From Takakia lepidozioides (Eukaryota > Plantae > Bryophyta), in assembly GCA_030704615.1 (NCBI GenBank), contig CM060732.1:50282001-50346000 (forward strand): a stretch of DNA of 64,000 bases, written 5' to 3'. The notes under the pieces were generated by a model. The model made no database searches, had not been told where the DNA came from, and saw only the letters and a list, made by a program, of their open reading frames with translations. This document shows, piece after piece, positions 51,801 to 64,000 of the stretch (positions within the stretch are counted from its first letter, which is position 1; every line of letters starts with the position of its first letter). The position numbers were made by a program, and so were the translations under genes.

Positions 51801-52393
51801 CCTTCCGTAGTGATGAAGCCATCCTCCAACCGTTTGGCCCGTGAAGGTGGGAACACATCTCAGCTTTCAGGAGATTGAAATGCTGGAGGAGGCAGGTTTT
51901 TCCCTTGCGAGACAACCCCAACTCCATGCATGTGCTACTACTTCTGCGTCCTCCCGGGTCCCCCCGGCAAATCCTGACTTGTGGCCAACCAAACGAGATG
52001 GAAAGCTCGTTCGGCGTTTCCCTCCAACCGCTGAACACTTTGGCAAAGTGGAGTCCGCAAGAATGCTCCAAGCTCGTGTTGGAAGCACCACGGAAGTACC
52101 CGATCCAGGATATGGTCGGGTATTCACAATCATCACTTCCACATCTGCTGTTCATGACAGGACCTACGACATCACGGTTTCCAATTTCCCCAATTGCACA
52201 TGTCCTGATTTTGTGAATATGCTATCAGTTTGGGCAAGAGAGGTAAATTCATACCCTGCAAACATTTGTATTTCATATTTTTGAGGAGGATGGTTTGCGA
52301 TCCCAAACGTGACAACTTCATTCACCAGGCCACTATGAGTTTCAACGAGGTCGATACTCTTTTGCAGCGGGATACAACACATGGGTAGCATGA
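48846..52393 (+). pseudogene. Mutator-family transposase: GCM/WRKY-like Zn DNA-binding domain, DDE core, SWIM finger
   Basis: CNGHLRC..C...CKFC...C...HFGFHNHP; D (MFDHV), D (FMADSA), CLFHW, E (NLAETVH); SWIM NCTCPDF...PCKHLYF. Intron 50858-50974. Frameshifts at ~49757, ~51450, ~51820 and ~52230. Confidence 0.88.
51421..51479. repeat. 3 x 17 bp tandem repeat AACCTCCATTGTGGAGG inside the transposase
   Basis: Direct reading. Two extra units (34 bp) account for the +1 frameshift. Confidence 0.9.
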
Positions 52394-53591
52394 ACTATGT
52401 AATGTGGTATGTGGATGACCATGATTTGAAATGTGTAATTCACATCAATTCGTCGGCTGTGCAATGATATGGCCTCCAACTATACGGAGTGAGCTCTGAG
52501 TGACAACTTTTAGGTAGTGCACATTTGTCATTGCACCGTTCGAAGTCTACATGTCTTGCTGTCGCTATGCACTACAATCATCTCTTGAAGATGATCCTAA
52601 CTCTCATTGTTATTTGAGGAGGGAGGAAGGTCTTCCCGTGGCAGCCTTTATGGCGCACACTTTGTGAGGATATTTTGTCGTCCTCGTAATTGTAAAAGTG
52701 AAACAAGCATTTGTATTTGCACAATGTTGGATGCTGCAATTGTAGGCCTCAATGCTCGTCTTGATTCTATTTAGGCAAGATTCCCTGCATTAATTCCATG
52801 GTCATAGGACCATCCACGGTTATAGGCGGCGCATGTTAATGGTGATGTGGCAGATGACGGACAGTGCATGTCATCATTTACCGCCACATCAACATGCTGA
52901 CATGACGCTCACGCCACGTCAGCGTGTGTGCAGGCTCACGCCACGTCAGCTGGCGTGAGCGTACGCTCGCGCGCTCACGCGCAACGCTCACGCGCAACGC
53001 TCACGCGCAACGCTCACGCCATTGCGTCGTTGGATGACGGTTAGTTAGGAAAGCGGTTAGAACAGCTTGTAGGTAGAAAAAGCAAAGAGCGGGGACGTGG
53101 AGAGGATCACTTCTTGGTGGGGGACTTCTTGCATCAGGGCTAGGAAATAGGGGGGAGAGCACATCTCTGAGTGGAAAGATGAAGAGCACGGAGTAGGAGA
53201 AGTGACGATCTGTTGTTACTTGATGAATGCAAGCTGTAGAATTGTAATGTAGAGTAGATTAGAGACACCATGACTTCAGCCTGATACTTGAAAGATATTA
53301 ATCTGATACATACTTCATACTCACACTGAGTAGAGAGACCTGAGTGAAGCTGTGGAATGAATGGATGGAACTTGATAGATTTCTGAAGCAAACTGATACT
53401 TAATTGCAGATAATAAGGTAACTCGCTAACATGAATGTGGGAAAGAGTACAAATAGGAAACCATGATACACTAGCTGTAGGTCATGACTGATTGTTCTGA
53501 GCGGGCTAAGTGCTTAGAGATTTCCAACTCTTCTATCTTGGAGTTCCCACCTCGGATAGCGAAGGGATGGGTGAGTAAAAGCCGCTCGACA

Positions 53592-56028
53592 GGATGCAGA
53601 TGGGTTGAGTCGCAATCCATGCACGAGCCAGCAGGATGACACTGGAGCTCGGTGGCATGGTTAGACGGATGAGGAGATGGTGCCTGGATGGCATGCATTT
53701 GCATTTCTGTGTATCTTGGCAGCGGAAGGCCAGGTTGGACCTGCAACAGTGATGATTGTAGATCAAGTGTCTGAGGACGTTGAGGCCAGCAATGAGCAAG
53801 GTGGCGCCAAAGATATACATGAGGATTCAGCTGTGTTGGACTACCTCTGCACTGGAGACACGACAGCCACTGTGACTGCCAAGGAGAGGGATCGGATCCT
53901 ACAACGAGCCAAGAGGTTCAAGTGGGAGGGGACACACCTGCTCCGAGTGTGGGAGGATGATCGAGTGAGGATTGTGCCTCACCCAACACAGCGGGCACGG
54001 TTAGTGCGGCATGCCCATGAGGAGTTGGGGCATTTTGGGGTGCGACGCACTCATAGTCTACTGCAGGGGCAGTATTGGTGGCGTGGTATGCACACAGAGG
54101 GGCAACAATTTGTGGCTAGGTGCATGGTGTGTGACAGGATGCGTGCTTCATTCAACGCCCCTACTCCACAATTGCACCCTCTTCCGATCATGGGATTGGG
54201 CTACAGGTGGAGTCTTGACTTCGCAGGGCCATTGCCACTGACCGCCACAACAAGTACGTGTTGGTGATGGTGGAGCACTTCTCCAAGTGGATCGAGTTGG
54301 TTCCATTGCCTGATAAGGCTAGTGAGGGAGCTGCGTATGCATTCTTGGATTGTGTACTTAGCCGATTCGGTGCTCCAGCTGAGGTACTCACGGACCAAGG
54401 GAGAGAGTTTTTGGGGGAGTTTCAGGCTTTGTGTGACAAGGCCTTGGTAGACCACCGCACCACTTCTCGGGATCATCGTGAGGCCGATGGCTTGGTAGAG
54501 AGGGTTGTTCAGACAGTAAAGAGGTGTTTGCGCAAGTATGGCTTGCAGAAGGGACACCTAGGAGATTGGGACCTTCAGTTACCTTGGTTAGCCATGGGCT
54601 ACAGGTTCAGCAAACAAGCATCACTTGCCTCCTTCTCACCATACTTTCTTCTCTTTGGCCGAGAGCCGGATTTGCCTACATCCATTCGTAGAGAAGTTGC
54701 TACAGTTCTTAACCTTGATGATCTAGACGTGTGGGCACGTGCATGTGATCAGCGTGCAGAGTTGTTCAAGAAAGTCATGCCCATGGCTTTCGAGAATCTT
54801 GCCATTGCACAACATCGTGATACGTTGAGGTATGCTACCATACGTGGTGGGGGCTATCGTCCTGGGATCCGGAGATGCAACCCTGACGACTATGTTTATC
54901 TGCAGCAGACTGCTCCTATGACCTTGGATGTGACTGCAGGATGTGTTATTTTGAGGGTTCGAGAGGTATTGCCCTCAGGCGTCCTGATCTTGGAGGGTCG
55001 GGATGGCATGATTTGGAAATTGCGCGCCATGTCACCTTCCAAATGTTGATGGAAGGGTTGACTCAAACCTAGCAGTGGTACCTGCAAGTTTGAGGTACAG
55101 GTTGTGTGGGTCTGCTAGAGGGGCAACCACCATGCTGGTGTGTGATCGATGCTCTAGAGGTTGACATATGGGATGTTTGACTCCACCTCTTGAGATGGTT
55201 CCTAATGGGGATTGGTTATGTCCGCATTGCATTGGATAGTGGGAGTGGATACAACCATAGAAGGCTAACAAGAAATGCAAGGCCAAGCTACTAGGAGACC
55301 TTCAACACACGAGATCCTGGCTCAAGTTCACAGATTGCAAGACGACGACTAACGATGGGGCTACTCTTGTACCCGGCCTCTTGGTCTATAGAGTTTGAGT
55401 ACAATAGGGACAATGTTAGAGGACTTAGTACGGCTGTGGCTATTACATCTTGTAGCTATCTGGAGTTAGAGGGACCTATCCACCAGCTAGGGGGGCGATT
55501 GTGGCAGACTACTTTATTGTGCATATATGTGTGGTGTAGTTTGGACAACGATGTAGTTGTGTAGCGATACATATGCGCACGACAGCTGTCAAGTTAAATA
55601 AACACAGTGTGAAACTAACTAGAATAAATCTAGTTATTTGTATTTAACACTTGGATTTAGTTCAAGTGTTAAGTCAGGTGTCAAGTTTAGCTTGACACTT
55701 GAACCATCTTATCTTCACGAGAGTGTCAATTGTGCGACTCATCTCTCTCGAGTTAAGCCTGCACGACAGAGCTCCCTCGCTGCTTAGCATCTGAGTGTAC
55801 TTATGGAGGGAGAGTAGGATGTTGTGGGGTGGAGTCCCCATAGCTTGGGGTGCCCCTGGCTCGACTCTTATTTTAACGAGTGATTGTATTGTATTTCGTG
55901 TTTTGTGTCAACAGAGACAGTGTGAGTTTAGTTTTCATATCATTGTGGCAGACTACTTTATTGTGCATATATGTGTGGTGTAGTTTGGACAGCGATGTAG
56001 TTGTGTAGCGATACGTATGCGCACGACA
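53592..56028 (+). mobile_element. 3' half of a second PHD-Gypsy copy (end of RNase H, integrase, degenerate PHD, A-gc-B-A terminus)
   Basis: Highly similar to the reverse complement of 27500-29425. A units at 55500-55584 and 55944-56028 (85 bp, 2 differences). TGTC...GACA block 55587-56028. Confidence 0.93.
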
Positions 56029-56288
56029 AAATTGACGATGATGACCCGGCTACTATGACCTGGTTACGATGACGTGTCTACGAAATGTGGCGACGAAACG
56101 TGACGACGATGACGTGGCACTATGGTACCCTATTCCTGCTCTACGCTAAACTAGCTTCCGACCTTCGGTTCGTCGCTAGAATATTGTATTAGTTTTGTTG
56201 ATATGTAATTTTTTTAAATAGAATTATCCAGTGTGCTACTTAGATTACATTTTTATATAAATAACTTTACAAATCAACACCAACATAT

Positions 56289-56762
56289 GGTAGCTCAATT
56301 GGATAGTGCACTCATTGCCACCCAGTTGATTCTGGGGTCAAATTCTACTACCTTGCTGGCTATGGTATGTTCGTATGTTCTTCTCCCCCTTCCATTGGGC
56401 GGTGTCTCATGCGAAAAGCCTTCACGGCAAGGTTACTTTGAAAGAGGTTATTTTTAATTAAGGGGCCTGATTTGTGAGCTGTTGCTCCCCAAGTGTTTCC
56501 CTTATATATATATATATATATATATAACAATAACGTTTTTATTTTATTTTATTTTAAAAGGGAAACACCTGGGAGCGACAGCTCACAAATCAGGCCCCTT
56601 AATAGTGAGAGGAGAAAATAACCTCTTTCATTTATGGGCCACGGAGACGAAGGACACCGCCCAGGGGAGTGGGAGAAGAGAATACCACACCTGTCAGTAG
56701 CAAGATTTGACCCCATAATCATCTGGGTGGCACTCAGTGCACTTAACCAACTTGAGCTACTG
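56289..56762. mobile_element. Tail-to-tail pair of tRNA-derived SINEs around a (TA)n tract
   Basis: 56289-56500 (+) reads ggtagctcaattgg...ggtcaaatt. 56560-56762 (-) is the same family as 12537-12752. Confidence 0.7.
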
Positions 56763-58169
56763 ACTGTTGGTGTTTTAATTCTACAACCACAGCCGGTACG
56801 GTGACTCAATTAGATAGTGCACTGTGCTGAAGAGGGAAAAATAACCCCCTTTCATATGAAGCCTTGGTGACGAAACCATTGCACACAGGTCAAGGTAACA
56901 GGATTTGAGCCCCAGACCACCGGGATGAGATAGGGCCTAAATTGTGAGCTGAATAAGGAAAATTCATTATAGATTATAAATCATTTACTTATTACAATTT
57001 CATTCAAATATTCTTTGTCATGATCGGAATTGGAGGACAGAGTTAGGAAAGCAGCTTACAAAAGCCTTTTACATCCTCCAAAAGTCTTGAGAATATAAAC
57101 AAAGGGAAATTCTAGGCAGTTTTTCTTACGTAGGCACATACATCTTAGCAGCTGATATGGCATCTAGGTTAAAGGGGGTACCACCTGCAGCTATCCTACA
57201 TGGCATGTGATTTTCCATGTCAGCAGCTATCTCAAACTAGAGGTCATATAAAGTCAGTAGCTACTCCTTTGTATTGCTTGGTTCTAATGTTAAGCCTAGG
57301 CTGCACCGTGCCGCTAGCTTTAGCAGTCCTGTTATGTACGGGTTAGCAGGACGAGTTCGTAATTGCTACTCCAGCTAACAAGACCCCGGTTGCACCAAAA
57401 TGTTAGCGGAACACTTGTTTGTGTGTAACGTTAGTTGAACACTTCTTCCCCTGCCCCTCCGCCCAGTTTCCCTCGCTATTCCTTCCTCTATGCCATGCAG
57501 TGGGTTTTTTTTTCCAACGAAAAATTTGCCAGATTTCGACTATGGGTCGACTACTTGTACAAAGGAATTATGGGGGGTAAAATCCGAAGATTCCACCAAA
57601 AAGCGCCTGTAGTTGAATATCAGGCCTGATTTTGCCAATGTGGACCAGTTAACACGTGCCACCTATTATATAACCACTTTTCTAACCCTACCACCTCGTT
57701 ATTCTCGCCACATGGGCACGGGGTAGAAATCACATTGTGGCCCTGCTTGCGATTTTGGAAAATGAGAAAAAAAAAACACTGATGCCATAGCCAAAAGAGC
57801 AAGTGAGGAAAGGGGTGGCTGCTCGAAAAATCATGTGCCAGCTTAGATTTAGCACTAGGGTGGGTGTATTTTGCCCTAGGAAACTATGAAGGGAATCTAT
57901 AGTGTAGATAGCAGTAGATAGAGCTAAAACATCTTAAGCAGGTCTGTGCGGCCTAAAGTTTCTGGCTAGCAGTAGTTAGTATTAGAATACCATGCCTTGG
58001 CAGGGCGATGTGGCCGGAGCCTAAGGTTCGTTTAGATCACATAGTGTTGTGTGATCTCCTGGCTTGCCATTGGGATATCAATATTTGCTTGCATTATTTA
58101 GAAACATGTTTTTATCACACTTCTCATTTGCAGTCAGAGGCAGGAAAATACTCAAGTGAAGATCCAAGT

Positions 58170-58535
58170 TTAATTAGGCTCCTCAGCATGTACTGCCGCA
58201 AGTGCAAAGCACAATTGCCACACCAAAGTCCCACGAATGTTCGCCACCTTCGAATTTATATCGTATGATGCACTAAAATTAGTGTTGCCATCAGCCTTCT
58301 TGCAAAAAGCATATACTGTGAAATCTTCATGCTGCTACGTAAGATATCCAATTGACTTGCACGTGTTTATATAGCCATATCCATACGGCACCAACTCCCC
58401 GTCATCGTTGCCTAAATAACCATTGAGATCTATTTGCGTGTTTGTGTGCTCCTGACTATTAGAGAGGCAGCAAGCACTGAGAATAGTCCCGTCAAGGGTT
58501 GATCCCAAGCAAGTTTTAGTAAAACCACCACAATT
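58170..58535 (-). pseudogene. Cyanovirin-N homolog (CVNH) lectin with one in-frame stop
   Basis: GGFTKTC...LDGTILSACC...TQIDLNGYLGNDDGELVP..YGYINTCKSIGYLT*QHEDFTVYAFCKKADG....SYDINSKVANIRGTLVW shows both CVNH half-repeats. TAG at 58337-58335. Confidence 0.85.
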
Positions 58536-59656
58536 CTGTTTTGAACGGTCATGCCACAACATACACACAACATACACACACATCCATGAATTAATCATTT
58601 GTATCTTCGTCCATTGAAAATTGGAACAATAAATGCATAGGATACATGTCGAGAGCATATTGTCATTCCAGTAGCACGCTTCATCCAATTCCACGAGCAG
58701 TAGGCGGGTACGAGTGCGAAAAATTTGAACAAAACATGAAATTTGATTTTTATTTATTTTAAGTGCAGCTGGAGGTATCTATTAGTGTTGCACGGATAGT
58801 TGATATTTTTCATATCAGCCGGTTACCGATGTCTGACTTTAACCTGATACCTAGAGAACCATAATATATATCTATGACACTCAACTCCAAAAGCACCCAC
58901 AACAATGGACAAGTTGATTATCGAGAAACTACTGCAAGACATGCAGATGACTGCAAAGTCTTGCCATGGAAGCACCATACTAAAATTCACCGACGAAAAG
59001 TATTTTGATCAGCAGGTAGCTGCGGAAGACTGAAAGATGAGGAGCATTGGACAATCCCAAGAGCAGATTAGAACTCCAAACGTACGGTAAGCAACAATAA
59101 TGATTCATAGTTCATTAAATATCATTGGTACTAGTCAAATGAGATGAACAACACAAAACACATCAGGGAGGACGTAACAATTTCCAACTATTAGAGACGT
59201 TTACTCACACGATTAATCTGTGCTTGAGCTCCGTTGAGCACTGCCGACATACAGAGCACAGCTAGAACCGTCATCTTTTACCATGAATTAGCCATGATAT
59301 TGATCTTCGCTAGGAGCTCACGTCGAGGAACGGATAACGGGAGACCGATGCTTGCAACTGTTGTCTATCTTCCTACTCACCAAGATGGCCTTAGATCATA
59401 GCTGATATATGGTATCAGGATGGGAAACTACTAGTGCTGAATCCTTGCGAGTGATGTTATGATTGGCAGACCTGCAAACTTGAATGACGATGGAGTGTCA
59501 TCACTATCCTACCTTCTTAAAATATACTCGGTTCAACCACTGGGTTATCGGGAAGGGGGGTGGTGCGTAAATAGTAACGAAGCCGGCTAGCGTAACCAGT
59601 GGTTACAACTGACTTTTTATTACGTGTGAAACACGTCATTTCCCTGCGTAAAGACG

Positions 59657-60965
59657 AGTGTTGGTCTGGTATGGGTATCAGACCCGAGTATCAATACTGG
59701 TATTAGGGACCATACCAGCCTTGGTCTTTAAGTGCTACATACCAGGTCATATACCAGACCAGGCTGGTATCCGTTTTCTCATACCAGCCACAATACCAGT
59801 ACACCCCCCCCACCGCCCCCCCTCTCCCCTCCTCATTTAATCTGGTATGTGTACTATACTAATTTATATGTACATGCATGTATTTATTTATATTTACTTT
59901 ATGTTTATTGTATTTGTTTTCACTTGATATGTGATAAAACTTGTAAGTCAAGATGGCTTTGGAATGATACCAGCATTGATACTCATACCATCTGGTATTG
60001 TGGTCATGATACTTGTACTCATACCAGTATCTGGAAAAAAAATACATTCACCATTATATAGACTAGACTGGTATGGAAGTTTTGTGATGGGGTTGGTACC
60101 ACAACCGGTATGGTATGTCCTAAACTGGTAAAGACCAGTGTTGTACTGGTATGTCCATTTTGGCATACCCGACTGGTCTTGGTAGGTCCACTTGGCTGTT
60201 GGGTCCAACTGGTAGGGCCCGGGGTAGATTAGGATTGACCAGGGTAGGTTATAGGATGGGTATGGGTATTTCAAATTTTGAGATACCCTGGTCCTAGGCA
60301 TGGGTATGACAAAACTCAAATGACATAGTGGGGCAGTATGTACAATGGTATGGTTATATTTTTAATGAATGGTATCTTCGACAATTACATTATATATTAT
60401 GGTATTTAAAGGTTAACTTCATGTTATTTTTACATGTTTTTTATATTTGTAGCCACAAACCCCTGTTGTTAGTTATAAATTTATATTTTTGGTACATGGT
60501 TATATTATGGTGATCTATGTTGTAGTGGTTTGGATACGTGATGCCAGTGGCTCAAATCAGTGATGCCTGCGGCTGGGAGCCCAAAGATATAGTGCTATTT
60601 TTTACATTGCACAAATGTGAATGAGGATAAGCACAAAAAAATTGTATCATTACACATACCCATGCTAGCTTGGGTTCATCAATACTAAATATGGGTCTCA
60701 AGCCGAGTATGAAAATAGTTCATACTTAGACTGGTATGGTAGGTAGGGGGTAGGTCCAGTGTTCAAAACCCGGGGTCCAGGGTATAGCCGGGGTATATGT
60801 CCGAAGACATACCCAACTGGTATGTTGTACAATACCCTTACTCATACCAGTGCACATACCCTGGCCGACTGGCACATACCAATACAACACTGGTAAAGAC
60901 CAATGTTGGGCGGGTATTACATTTTTTCATACCAGCCGGGTCCTTGTATCAGCGTTTTTTTTATA
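59657..60965. mobile_element. Cluster of GGTAT/ATACC-rich hAT-type MITEs; the inner element is 60136-60892
   Basis: TIR cagtgttgtactggtatg / cataccaatacaacactg with the 8-bp TSD gtaaagac (60128-60135 and 60893-60900). Confidence 0.8.
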
Positions 60966-61105
60966 CTATTTGCATTGTGGCGCGGTGGGCATCCACAGGA
61001 ACATAAGTGGGAGCATGTGTGGCGTGAATGAGTGTTAGGCGAATGAATCCCAAACATATTAGAGACGGTAAGGCGAACAATCTAAAATTGACATAGCATG
61101 GTAAA

Positions 61106-61815
61106 TGCTACCAATACGGAAACCAAATAGACAAACAAAATAGCCGGCCTGATTTTTGAGCTGTTGCTTCCAAGTGTTTCCCTTTTATTTGGAGAAACAA
61201 AAAACCACAATATTCATTTTTATTCACTTTATCATCCGAACCACACTATTGAAAAATAACCGGGCACTCAAGGGTTTTAGTTTTTCCCTTCAATAATCTT
61301 TTAATAAAGTTTCATCCAGGGCCTCTTTCCCCTGTTCTGTATATATATATATTTTTAAAACATAGTGAACAATTGTTTTTTATCTCCCTCAAAAACTGTT
61401 GTTGAGGTAATTATCTCTCGGGGAAGTCACTCCATATATAGTTTGGGAATCGCGTGCGATAAATAGGTGTTTTTCTCATTCATTTGATAGATGTCATGGG
61501 CCCATCTTTCGCCAAAGGGTGTGCAAGAGGAGCCACTTGTCGCCATCCTGGAGCGAGGGACGCTAAAACGGAGGGGCCAGATTCCGCTCAGCACCTATAA
61601 GGGATTGCCACATCCACATGTACATTGAGGGAGGGTATGGAGCCAACAATGTTCCTTGTACTAATTAGCATATATACTTTGTAATCAGTTTAGTCAAGAT
61701 GGCTTTGGAATGATACCAGAATTGATACTCATACTGTGGTCATGATACTCGTACTCATCCAGTATCTGGAAAAAATAATAATGCATCCACCATTATATAG
61801 ACCAGACTGGTATGG

Positions 61816-61852
<37 letters not shown>

Positions 61853-62750
61853 CGGGTTTCCCTCCTCAAGGGCCTGAATTGTGAGCAGTCACTCCCAGGT
61901 TTCCTTACCCAAAAAAAAAAACAAATGTGATGGGGCTGGTACCACGACGAGTATGGTATGTCCTAAACCTAATACCATACCAACACTGGTAAAGACCAAT
62001 GTTGGGTGGATATTACATTTTTTAATACCAGCCGGGTCCTGGTATCAGCGTTTCTTTTATACTACCGTAGTCGGCAGACTGATCCGGCAGTGAAGTGCCG
62101 AATATTTATTTTCTTTACAACAAAACACTCCGGCATAACTTAAGGAAATTTCTAGATTTTACGGCAATGCCACGAGGAGATTTTAAGTAATTTGGCGGTG
62201 ACTACCAGCATGAACTTGCTCTGTCTACTGTACCAAATGTGGTAAATGAATTATGTGGGTTGCTAAGAGCCATGAGAGCATATGGTCAATCATTAAATGC
62301 AGTGATTTTTCAGCCAATTATTCTAGGATTTCTCAGAGCTAAAGCGCCACAAGCTCTAGGAAAATATTTTGTGCCTTGAAACATCTTTGAGTAGTTTGTT
62401 TGAGATTTTAGGCTTTTTTTTTAATGAAATTTCTGAAATATCGACAGTTGTTTCTAAATTTCCACTTATTTATTAGGCATGTTCATTTCTATTTTTATTT
62501 TATTTTCTAATTATTTACTGCCGAGCTACCAATATGGAAACCAAATAGAACAAAACAGCCGACCTGATTTGTGAGCTGTCACTCCCAAGTGTTTCCATTT
62601 TATTTGGAGAAACAACATATTATTCATTTTTATTCACTTTATCATCCAAACCACTTCACTACTGAAAAATAACCGGGCACTCGAGGGATTTAGTTTTTCC
62701 CTTCAATAATATTTTAATAAAGTTTCATCCAGGGCCTCTGTCACCTGTTC
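61106..62750. repeat. ~230 bp direct duplication (61106-61340 and 62525-62750); 61692-62065 also duplicates parts of the MITE cluster
   Basis: Both read gctaccaata.ggaaaccaaatag...aataaagtttcatccagggcctct. Confidence 0.75.
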
Positions 62751-62799
62751 TGAAAAATAAAAAAATAGTGAACATATATATATATATATATATATATTC

Positions 62800-64000
62800 T
62801 AAGAAAGGGGAGGAAGCCCTTTTAAATTTTATTCGAATTATTTGAGGAAAAATTAAAACCCTGGGGTGCTCGTAGGCTGCCGTAAGGCATGTCTCGCAGT
62901 GGGCTGCGCTGGATAACTCTAGATCAATCAAAAGAGACGATGTCGGGACCATTTGACTAAGGGACGAGCCCTAAAGAACAAAGGGCTACAGTGTACTGTA
63001 GCTTGGCTGTTGAAACAGTTACTCTAGGAGGATTGCCGACGAGGACCTAGCAAGATCAAACATAGCGCAGGGATGCAAGAACAATTACCCTAGGTCGGGG
63101 AGGGACCTAGCAAGCTTACTTAAAACGAAAGCGAGAGAAGAGTAGACTCTTATGAGAGAGCCCCTAGATATTTATATATGAAAGTGAAGTCTAGCTGCCG
63201 AGGAAGATCTGATGTGTTTCCAGTTAACCTCCGACTTCTCAAATTCCGGGGAAGCTGAATAGCCTGGCTCTGTGCCCTTGCCAACATTCGGGGTCTGTTG
63301 GGCCACACACAAGAGAGCTCATGGGAGCAGTCACACATGATCCCAAGCTTCCCCCACGTTGATCGGAATGCATGGAGGAGGGCTGGCTAACATTGCGGCT
63401 TCTTGGCGACCTTTGCACACAAAGCCGCCCAAGCCTTTTTAGCTGCCACTGTAAGATCAAAGAAAACTAGAGTGAGCAGCGCAGTGGGAGAGGTATTCTC
63501 ATTGTCCAGGATCCACGCACATCTGATTTTCCATAAATTCCATAGAGTGGTTGTCCTGAGTGTCTTGAAGACAGGGCAGTCCGAAACAATAGCTTTTTGT
63601 CCTTTGTCATAATTTAGGAGAATGGGCATTGGTTGTAAGGGCATGGTGCCCCACGCCACGTAGAATGAGCGCACCAGAGGCCATATAGTGTTAGGTGCCA
63701 CACAGTCAATTAGGCAATGTTCAAGGGACTCTATGATCCCAATGTTGCAACATTGATAGAGTAAAGCCTCCCTGAAGTTCAAGAACTGTCCCACTTTGAG
63801 CACTCTATTGGCCACTTGCCATAGGAAGGCACTGACTTTGGCATATTTGGATTTGTGCCAGATAAGAGACCATATAGATTTCCAGTTTTCATTTGCAAAG
63901 TTTTGGTGACCCCATCTGTCGTTCCATTTCGCATAGAGGGGTTTTGCCCCGAGAAGTGTCTTGTAGGCTTTCTTTGCTGAGAAGGAGAAGATGGGGTGGA
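62800..64000 (-). mobile_element. L1-type LINE 3' end (continues beyond the window)
   Basis: NWKSIWSLIWHKSKYAKVSAFLWQVANRVL...ESLEHCLIDC...LWNLWKIRC is the zf-RVT region, followed by a 3' UTR. Confidence 0.85.

Larger units (their letters stand above)
41579..53031 (+). mobile_element. Full-length (defective) Mutator-like DNA transposon with degenerate TIRs and two divergent genes
   Basis: Flanks ggatgacggtca (41567-41578) and ggatgacggtta (53032-53043). The ends match the 24456-25654 element. It contains a DDE/SWIM transposase. Confidence 0.9.
41191..53591 (+). mobile_element. 3' LTR (~940 bp: 41191-41578 plus 53044-53591) of a second LTR element, split by the Mutator-like insertion
   Basis: PPT gagaggaggagggg at 41173-41186. 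Starts TGTTAGAG at 41191 and ends CTCGACA at 53591, directly abutting interrupted Gypsy RNase H coding sequence. Confidence 0.75.

Noticed and set aside
58880-59550. Possible coding remnant
   Set aside because: Multiple stops and no family motif that I can recognise.

Overview
Repeat-dense, gene-poor eukaryotic DNA. It most likely comes from a seedless land plant (bryophyte/lycophyte-like), inferred from spliceosomal introns, a PLS-type PPR fragment, an NPF fragment, TORNADO1-like LRR-Roc genes and a CVNH lectin. No clearly intact host gene is present. Host-like sequences are two pseudogenised copies of an LRR-Roc gene, PPR and NPF fragments, and a CVNH pseudogene. Most of the window is nested transposons. 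Two elements carry DNA methyltransferase-type domains. (1) An ~11.5 kb Mutator-like element (41579-53031, 10-12 bp TSD, only degenerate TIRs) has a GCM-like/DDE/SWIM transposase head-to-head with a ~9-exon gene encoding a ParB-like (DGNHR) domain plus a beta-class N4C/N6A methyltransferase-like domain; its introns hold arrays of a 24-bp palindrome. (2) A Ty3/Gypsy element (26805-35062, minus strand) has a C5-cytosine methyltransferase between protease and RT, a PHD finger after the integrase, and an unusual A-gc-B-A 3' terminus. Also present: a piggyBac remnant with TTAA ends, CACTA and hAT non-autonomous elements, L1-type LINE 3' ends, tRNA-derived SINEs and a 500-N gap. All family calls rest on motif recognition by eye; no searches were run.
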